From the NCBI GenBank assembly GCA_964016885.1, contig OZ024742.1, positions 1,240,001-1,304,000 on the forward strand: a stretch of DNA of 64,000 bases, given 5' to 3'. The notes under the pieces are model-generated. The model saw only the letters and a list, made by a program, of their open reading frames with translations, was not told the DNA's origin and searched no databases. Origin of the DNA: Eledone cirrhosa (taxonomy: Eukaryota). The position numbers were made by a program, and so were the translations under genes. Shown piece by piece: positions 55,773-64,000 of this stretch (positions are counted from its first letter, which is position 1; each line of letters begins with the position of its first letter).

Positions 55773-56219
55773 TGCTTCTGTCAATACACCACCCTAAACA
55801 CCAGATTAATAATGAAAATGTTAGTTATAAAACTAAATCTCTCCATATTCTTGATTATTTTCAAAATTATTTGAAAATTATATGCAGTATCTTTTGTTAG
55901 AAATATGGTAACGAAAGTATTCAATCTTTTCTGAATTTCTGAACAGAGAAATTATCATTGGTTAATGTTTTCAATAACATATTCTTAAAGAAATAAATTT
56001 CTAAGTTTCATTTAATCTTTAAAATAATCAAAGAATTTGAAGAGATTTAGTAAAATATCTAACCTTTTGATTGATGTATTAAGCTAGGGTTTTGTGCTTA
56101 ACTTACTAAAAGCTTTATACATAAAATATAAAACAGAATATATTTAATCTAAATATATTTTGAAAGATGTTTACATATCAGAACCAGGATCAGTTCCAGG
56201 TGGGTTGCTATCAAATGTA

Positions 56220-56430
56220 TTAACTCTTTCAGTACCACATTTCTTATGAAATGCACTGCCAATGCATTTCAATTAATTTTGAATTAATTTTGAAAATATT
56301 CAAAAACTTTTTGTTACTAAGCTAATGTTTGGAACAGTACATAACAAAAATTTCTTACACAAAATTATGACAGGCTTTAATATAAATATAATACTTTAAA
56401 ACAGGGGTAGTTTGGTATCAAAAGGGTTAA
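56220..56430. mobile_element. piggyBac-like MITE remnant
   Basis: TTAA|CTCTTTCAGTACC ... GGTATCAAAAGGG|TTAA; similar terminus at 19413. Confidence 0.5.
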
Positions 56431-56992
56431 GTGTGAAAGAAGATAAGCAAAAAGATTTATTAGTTTTCAACTTATGCCAGCATGGAAAGGTGTAAAGCAC
56501 AGAAAGCAGAAGTAAAATGATGATGAAAATATATATATATTATAAATACTGACACTAAACTATGACTAGATTTCAACCAGAAGTGAGGTGGTGTCAAACT
56601 GAGATTGAGAATTTTAAACCACAATGACTTCTAGTTGGTAGGTCAATATTGATGGTCAGTCACTGCCATCTCAACATCCTCACACCAGTTCCGATTTTTC
56701 CCCCTTATGTCTAAAGTTTGTCTTGAGCTAGGAAGCTCACAGGTCAGTGCTTATCCCAGTTTTTATAGCATAAAGCGACCAATAATACAAGACTCTCCCC
56801 TGGAGAATGAGATGGAGTGTTTTGCTCAAGTACACACCACACAACCCAGTTCAGGAACCCATGACATGATTGTAAGTTCAACAACCTTACCTCTAGGTCA
56901 CATATCTCCACAAACTGCCTTTACTTAATTACTATCTTCCCCTCCTATCTGGCTAGAAAGAAAACTAGGTTTCTATTATTGTTAGTCTTTCC

Positions 56993-57182
56993 AGGGCGGT
57001 GGATTGGCAGTATCGGTAGAGAATCAGACACCATGCTTTGCAGCATAGAGTTATGGCCCTTTACGTTATGAGTCCCAATCCCGCCAAGGTTAACTTTACC
57101 TTTCCTCCTTACGAGGTCGATAAAATAAAGTACCAGTAATACACTGAGTAATTGCTGGCCTTGTGCCAAAAGTAGAAACAAT
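56993..57182 (+). mobile_element. tRNA-derived SINE (MetaSINE-like)
   Basis: GGCGGTGGATTGGCAGTATCGG...AAGGTTAACTTTACCTTTC...GGCCTTGTGCCAAAAGTAGAAAC. Confidence 0.8.
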
Positions 57183-57873
57183 TAGTCTTCCCATTACTTT
57201 TTTACCTGTTCTAGCTGAGGCCATGCTGCAGCACCACACATAATACTATCTGCTGGTTGCAATTAGTGACAGAAGTGGAATTTCAACTCAGAATTGAAAC
57301 AGATGCCACAAAACATCTTGGGTATCTCACTTCAACAATTCTGTCACTCCCTCCACCCCATGGAGGGATACTATATTATTGATCCTGAAACACAGAGTGC
57401 AGTCAGCTGGAACAAACAGCAAAATACTTCATCTGATACCTCTAACCACTGCCAATTCACCACACAATATATATATCTTCTACATTTGAAATTGAGAGCA
57501 ATGGTAATATTTTCTTTTTTTTTTTTCTTTTTCACAAAGAAACCTTATACAGGTGGAAAACAGCATTTAAATTGTCTCGGCAGCAGGGTGCTGTTTTGGA
57601 GTTATATGGAGCAGGAAGGGGGGGTACTTTTTTTAGTCGTTTATCTCCCCTCCCCAGCCCCCACCACAATCTGGTTTAAATTACACAGAATTGTAAAAAC
57701 TAACTACTTCCATAAAATTTATACTTCTATCAAATTTCTGAAGAGATAGTTTTCTGGGGGTAAAAGTATTTTAAAAACGCGCGCGCGCGCGCGTGTGTGC
57801 ATGTGTATGCCGAAATGAACAGACCTTTTTCTCAAAGACATCTTTTTTGTTTCTGCCTCCTCTTCTCATTCTA

Positions 57874-57909
57874 TCTTCTGATAAAGGACTAGTGTCCAAA
57901 ACGTTAAGA
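57874..57909 (+). ncRNA. Degenerate minimal hammerhead remnant
   Basis: tctt-CTGATAA-aggac-tagt-gtcc-AAAA-cg-TT-aaga; two core mutations. Confidence 0.35.
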
Positions 57910-58229
57910 CTCTTTTCCTACTTTATCAAGAGTTAAACTAATATAATTGTTTATTTACTTTGTTAATTCTGTATACTCTTGGCATAGATTACACACACAC
58001 ACACACATATATATATTAGAATATATGTTTCAAAATAGCATAGTAATTCAAACATTAACTGAATGAGCACTCAATACTGGTGTCTAGAGAGTAAATTATA
58101 TTTTCTAAGTAGAAAAATGTCAGTGACTTTGAAGTTCCAGCTTGGTCACTTCAGCTGCTTGATGGTAGTTTATATCATTATCACCATATAACACACTTTC
58201 CCTTCTTAGGCTTTCATCTATGTATGAAC

Positions 58230-58274
<45 letters not shown>

Positions 58275-58283
<9 letters not shown>

Positions 58284-58456
58284 AGATCAAAAGATGGTTA
58301 AAAGAGTTCCATGTATTTTATTATGCGCATTTCAAAAACAAATATCATCATGCAATAACATTTGCGTTTTCGTCAGATAAAATAGGGAGACATGATATGA
58401 AGGTTAAAACACACTTGTGAATAGTGCAGTTTTAAATCAACATAAAACTCACCTCC

Positions 58457-58460
<4 letters not shown>
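58275..58460 (-). mobile_element. Family F hammerhead element with short inverted arm
   Basis: Homologous to 40345-40515; 58443-58460 is the inverted 3' end. Confidence 0.75.
58315..58383 (-). ncRNA. Type-I hammerhead ribozyme
   Basis: attttat-CTGACGA-long stem II-GAAA-tgcgca-TA^-ataaaat. Confidence 0.78.
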
Positions 58461-58498
<38 letters not shown>

Positions 58499-58549
58499 GA
58501 TGTATGTATATATGTACATACATACATACATATGAACATGTGTGTATGT

Positions 58550-58935
58550 CAAGGCAGAATTCTAGGAGAAGGAAAACTCTGATATAACACCTGCAACCCT
58601 GATGGTATCCAATGATGTTGACTTGTTCTTCTTTTTGGTAAATATCATCTTGGTTAAGAGAGTGGGACTGGCTTTGTGCAGTGCCTTTGCTCACTATAAA
58701 AGCTTCACGGCACAGGCATTGCTTTGTACCTGGAGATCCCTCTGCACTTGTCATCACATGGTACCATGGGCCCAGCACTATGTGTCAATAATTGTCACAA
58801 GTGTAGTGTTTGTACCAGAGTTTTCAAGTCGCTGGCTGGACTAAAAAGTCACACTTGTTCAGCGCATCGGTAGGGGTTCTCCTACATGGATATAAAGTAG
58901 TGGCCGTACTCGAAAACGAGTTGGCAGCCACCATG
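58550..58935 (+). pseudogene. Degenerate 3' end of another LINE with C-terminal C2H2 finger
   Basis: 58793-58873 reads CHKCSVCTRVFKSLAGLKSHTCSAHR*; short 3' UTR hairpin CTCGAAAACGAG then microsatellite. Confidence 0.5.
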
Positions 58936-58961
58936 TATGTACATATATATGCATATATACA

Positions 58962-59113
58962 TGTTGGTGTTAGGAAGGGCATCCAGCTGTAGAAAACCCG
59001 CCAGATAGTCCTATGCGAGCAAGACAATCACTCTTGCCTCAAGTGGGAAAACCCCCGTCCAAACCCATGCAAGCGTGGAACACAGACGTTAAACGTTGAT
59101 GATGATGATGATG
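58962..59113 (+). mobile_element. RTE subfamily A terminal fragment
   Basis: 3' UTR end + (GAT)n. Confidence 0.85.
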
Positions 59114-59499
59114 TATGTGTGTATATATATACATGCACACACATATGTCAAGAACTAGGAAGTGTATATATTTTAAAAAATACAATAAATTTAGGAAAAG
59201 CCCGGATTACCTTGACATTTAACCCTGAATGATGAGGAATGGAGGGAGGGGGCATAGCAAAGTAGGAGAGAGGGGAGAGTAGAAGGGGGAGATAATGTAA
59301 TACACATGGAGGGAGATGGGGAGAGAGCAAGACAGGGTAAAAAGGAGAAAGATACATACATATATATATATATGTGTGTGTATGTATGTGTATATATATA
59401 TATATGTACACACTAACACATATATATATATATATACATACATATGTGTGTGTGTGTGTGTGTGTGTATAAATATATATATACACACATACTAACACAC

Positions 59500-59532
<33 letters not shown>

Positions 59533-59962
59533 AATATAAATATATATATATATACACACTAACACACATATATAAAGCAGATTTCAGGAAGTCAGCAGTT
59601 GGTGGAAATTACTGCATGGATGGAGATGAGAGGGGAAAATATAATGTAGGGGAAAATGTAAAAATAGAACATATTGGGGGGGGGGTAAATGGGTAAATGG
59701 TTGTGGTGGCGAAGTGAGTGTCGGTGGGGGGGGGGGGTAAGAAGGTGGTGGTGGTGAAGTGAGTGTCGATGGTGGTGGTCATGATAGTGGGGCGGGAGAA
59801 GTGATGGTGGTGGTGAGAGTGTTGGTGGTAAGGAAACTTCTGTTTCTATTTCTTGAGGGTAGACATCAATGTGAGAGTGTGAATGTGTGTGTCCATGCTA
59901 CTAGTGCTTCATATACAACATAAAAGTTCATGAGAAAAATAAAAACCTATATATAATAAATA

Positions 59963-59990
59963 CTAGCAGAATGGCCCGGCATTGCTCGGG
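59963..59990 (-). mobile_element. Helitron 3' terminus
   Basis: a|CTAGCAGAATGGCCCGGCATTGCTCGGG (hairpin + CTAG|T on minus strand). Confidence 0.55.
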
Positions 59991-60142
59991 ATTTGCTCTA
60001 TTATATATATATATATATATTTAATATATATTTATCCTTATCAAGCCTCGTGAAATAAATACGTTTGTTTATATTTTTTTTATTGCGTATGCATAAATAT
60101 CTGTGCATGAATATATAATTATATATATATCGATATCTTCAT

Positions 60143-60637
60143 ATCATCATCGTTTAACGTCCATATTCCACGCTTGCATGGGTTTGGACGGGAGTTTTCC
60201 CACTTGAGGCAAGATTGGTTGTCTTGCTCGTATAGGACTGTCTGGCGGGTTTTCTACAGCTGGATGCCCTTCCTAACACCAACCACGTTTACAGTGTGGA
60301 CTGGGAGGTTTTTACCTTGTTACCTACACGGCCACATTACAGCGTGGACCGTGTGTTTTTTTTTCCTGACACCTACACGACCTCATTTATTTCGGACTGG
60401 ATGTTGTGGTACCAACATAACTTTACATCGAAAGGGATGGTGTGGGTGGGGTGGAGGTAGTGGGACGGGGGGGGGGGGGTATTTTTGTTAGAGGTGCCTA
60501 CTGATTGTAGGTTTCGCTTTGTACTTAGTAATACAGAAGACCCACCTTGCCTGTGTAGCGCCAAAGATCTCGGTCCAGTGACATTGTCTTGGAGAGGTGT
60601 AAGTGTGAGAGGTCGGAATTTATCAAGTCGTCCCAGT
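60143..60637 (-). mobile_element. RTE subfamily A 3' fragment
   Basis: 3' UTR + ORF end, truncated into (TA)n. Confidence 0.88.
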
Positions 60638-60704
60638 ATATATATATATATATATATATTAAAATACAAATATTAATAAAATAGATGTTCTTGTGATCAA
60701 TTAA

Positions 60705-60757
60705 ATTTTATTATACATATTTCAGAGGTACAACAGTACGTCCTCATCAGATAAAAT
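60705..60757 (-). ncRNA. Type-I hammerhead in Penelope pLTR
   Basis: attttat-CTGATGA-ggacgtac-tgtt-gtacctct-GAAA-tatgta-TA^-ataaaat. Confidence 0.78.
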
Positions 60758-61154
60758 AAAATGATACATGACATACCCTGACATGTTAAATGGTTAAGAT
60801 TTAATCAAGGTAGTGATTAACTTATGAGAAAACTCAACATTTGCACCCTAATAATGAGAACATGCGAAAACGTAATAGAATCAATAGAGAAGGTATGAGT
60901 AAGAAAAACATTGCTTTAATGCAACAGTTATAGAGATTTTAAAATCTGGGATACTACAAATTAGGATTATAGAGGAAGACGTCTCTGGAGTTATAATTTT
61001 ATTACAGTTTTTGGCTTGAGAAAGCAACCGATAGATAATTAAAGAGAGGGAGAGATAAAGGGGAGTAATTTATGCAAACATTTTTTACATATAGATTTAG
61101 CGGTTAAATTTCAAAATATTTAATATTTAATTTATGTTATTTTAGGGTGAAGAA

Positions 61155-61458
61155 TCAATTAGAGATTCTATTGGATACTCCCTTAGAGATAGAGTTTAAT
61201 ATTGATCTAGGGTGGTTAGATTTGGTATCTACGTAAATGAGTTTTTCGTTAGGTTTATGGAAAGGTGTATATATCTTTGAGTCTAGGTAGAGGGTGGCGT
61301 CCAGGAAGTTAACGTTTTTAGTGTTTTTGTCCATGGTGATACTAAGGTTATAGTTTTTGAATGTCTTGTGCAATAGTTTTCTAGTTCTTTCTATATTGAA
61401 TTTTTTATAGTCTATAAGTAGAAGTGCATCATCGCGGTACAAACCATAATCTTATATA
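61155..61458 (-). pseudogene. Penelope-like element reverse transcriptase fragment
   Basis: YGLYRDD, VNFLDATL, PFHKPN..YVDTKSNHP: PLE RT palm/thumb motifs. Confidence 0.85.
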
Positions 61459-61469
61459 AATAGGACACA

Positions 61470-61975
61470 CGTGCATGCCCCATGTGTAACTAACTACTTC
61501 TAACTATCCTCCTGCATCATCTTCGTAAACTGCCAATGTTGTATTATAACTTTAATTTTGTTGTCATTTTCTTTTAATATGACTTTAATCTTTGAATGTA
61601 AACTGCCATGCTTAAATATTATAATGGATGTCAACCCACTGTGCATCAATATATACATATGTTTCTGTATGTCTCTTGTGTTGAAAAGGAGGTCAAGTAT
61701 GTAAACAATCATTGAAAAATTTCTCCGAAGACTCCAAACCTCGGTTTGGAAGAAACAATTGTAAGCGAATAAATGATTTAAACAGAACTTTGATTCATGT
61801 GAATTCTATATAACTGCTCTGTAGAACAACTGATGTTATTACATTGAGCTATTTATCTTACTGGTAATAAGGTTTAAAATATATATAACTATAATCACTG
61901 TTTAGGGTTTAAAATATATATAACTATAATAGGTTTTAGTATATACATAATCATAAATAGTATCCTTAATACTAT
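61470..61975 (+). mobile_element. pLTR-like element homologous to 51576-52158, with hammerhead at 61721-61767
   Basis: CCGAAGA-ctccaaacc-tc-ggtttggaa-GAAA-caattg-TA; same 3' end TAATACTATATA. Confidence 0.7.
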
Positions 61976-61984
61976 ATATATATA

Positions 61985-62310
61985 TCTCAGACCGGGTGAT
62001 ATGTTGTTTCCTTGAGCAAGACACTTTATGTCACATTGCTCCAGTTAACTCAGCTGTAGAAATGAGATGATAGGACTGAGGTACCTATCATTCCACTGGA
62101 AAGTGATCGTGGAGGTGCCACGGCAAAAAATCACCCAGCCAACACTGTAAAGTGGACGTGTAGGCGCCACGGAAAAAAAGCACCCAGCACTCACTGTAAA
62201 TGAGGTTGGTGTTAGGAAGGGCATCCAGCTGTAGAAATCAAGCCAGAATCAGTTCCCATCCCACCCTTGCAAGCAGGGAAAAGCGAACATAAAATGATGA
62301 TGATGATGAT
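61985..62310 (+). mobile_element. 5'-truncated CORE-like SINE with RTE-type tail
   Basis: Homologous to 45767-46113. Confidence 0.82.
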
Positions 62311-62315
62311 ATATA

Positions 62316-64000
62316 TCATCATCATCATCATCATCGTTTGACGTCCCTGTTCCACGCTTGCATGGGTTTGGACGGGGGTTTTCCCACTTGAGGCAAGAGT
62401 GGTTGTCTTGCTCGCATAGGACTGTCTGGCGGGTTTTCTACAGCTGGATGCCCTTCCTAACACCAACCACATTTACAGTGTGGGGCTGGGAGGTTTTTAC
62501 CGTGTTGCCTACACGGCCACATTACAGCGTGGACTGTCTGGCGTGTTTTCTACAGCTGGATGCCCTTCCTAACACCAACCACATTTACAGTGTGGGACTG
62601 GGAGGTTTTTACCGTGTTACCTACACGGTCACATTACAGCGTGGACTGTGTGTTTTTTATCGTGACACCTACACGATCTCGTTTGTTTCGGCCTGGATGT
62701 TGTGGCACCAACATAACTTTGCATTGAAGGGGGCGGTGTGGATGGGGTGAGACGGGGGTGTATTTTGTTAGAGATGCCTACTGACTAGTAGGTTTTACTT
62801 TGTATTTAGATAAGGCGGGTCTTCTCTGTTACTGAGTACCGCCAAAGGTCTCGGTCCAGTGACATTGTCTTGGAGAGGTGTAAGTGTGTGAGGTCGGAAT
62901 TTATCAGCTCGTCCCAGGTTTTCCTGGGTCTGCCTACTCCGTGGCTACCATCTATCTTTATTGCCCTGCACTTTGTTATACAGCTGTCGTCTTCATGCGC
63001 ATCACGTGACCATACCAACGTAGCCTTCTCTCGAGTAAACAACATCTGATCCCCCTTATTTCTAATTTTTTCCTTAGTTCGTTTATGCTTTGCCGTTCAC
63101 GTATATTACTATTAAACATCCAGCGGAGCATGCAAGCTTCGTTCCTCTCTAGTCTGCGTATATCCTCTGCACATAATGCCCAGGTCTCACTGCCATGCAA
63201 CATTGCTGTTCGTATGCAGGCATCATACAACCTGCCTTTCATTTTTAGGGAGAACTGACTCTAGCTACTGTACTTTCAGAGCACCCTCCCCCACTGCTGA
63301 TTTTGTCACCCAGGTAACGGAAGCTGTCCACTATTTCTATAGAACCCTCTTCGCAATTGAAAGAGTTAGTATTTTGTGGGCACTTGCTGCTACTTATTGC
63401 ACCAGAGCACCGGCCCCATGTAAAGTCTGTGTTCTTAGTTAGCTTACCTGTGATCCCACTACATCTTTTATGCACCCATACTTTGCATTTGGGACACAAA
63501 ATGGAGTTTCTACCTACGCCTTTCCTACACACTGAGCATGGCAATTTCTCGGAGGGGACCAGCGCCTTATTTTCTTTCCTACAAACTAGAACTTTAGTCT
63601 TAGCCAGGTTAATTTTAAGGCCTTTTGATTCTAGGCCGTGCTTCCATGTTTGGAATTTCTTCTCTAGCTCGGCCATTGATTCAGCTATGAGCGTTAGATC
63701 ATCTGCGTATAGGAGTTCCCATGGGCAGCCGGTCTTGAACTCCTCTGTTATAGCCTGAAGGGCAATAATAAATAGTAGAGGGCTAAGAACAGAGCCCTGA
63801 TGGACACCAACTTTTACGCTAAACTCTTCACTATATTCGTTGTTAATTCTAACCTTGCTGACTGTTTCTTTATACATGGCTTGTATGGCTCTCACAAGCC
63901 ATTCGTCAACACCTAGTTTTCTAAGAGCCCACCAGATAATGGAACGGGGGACTCTGTCGAAGGCTTTCTCCAAGTCGACAAAAGCTAAGTATAGGGGTTT
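62316..64000 (-). mobile_element. RTE LINE subfamily A, runs off window; defective
   Basis: RT motifs in 63245-63973; ~50-bp deletion near 63255; frameshift ~62993; 112-bp tandem duplication in 3' UTR. Confidence 0.93.

Noticed and set aside
57779-57798. (CG)n/(TG)n Z-DNA-prone run
   Set aside because: Short ordinary microsatellite

Overview
Gene-free, AT-rich eukaryotic repeat region, probably cephalopod (Octopus-like), inferred only from the SINE/RTE families and microsatellite style. It holds a 26-bp minisatellite (1.8-3.9 kb), a 13-kb GT-only complex satellite (4.2-17.3 kb; the 4393-aa ORF is an artefact) and many kb of interrupted (TA)n tracts. Inserted into these tracts are about 14 RTE-clade LINE copies from two subfamilies (one with a nearly complete intact APE-RT ORF carrying a PHD-like finger inside the RT), tRNA-derived SINEs, two non-autonomous Helitrons and a Penelope RT fragment. 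The main hidden signal is about 20 type-I hammerhead-ribozyme motifs from roughly a dozen sequence families. They sit in 0.2-1 kb non-coding elements, many of them fold-back or terminally redundant/circularly permuted and embedded in (TA)n, resembling Penelope pLTRs or retrozymes. The motifs include compensatory core variants (U3-A8), palindromic stem III and, in one family, a putative snRNA-type (PSE/octamer) promoter. All calls were read by eye, and boundaries within microsatellites are approximate.
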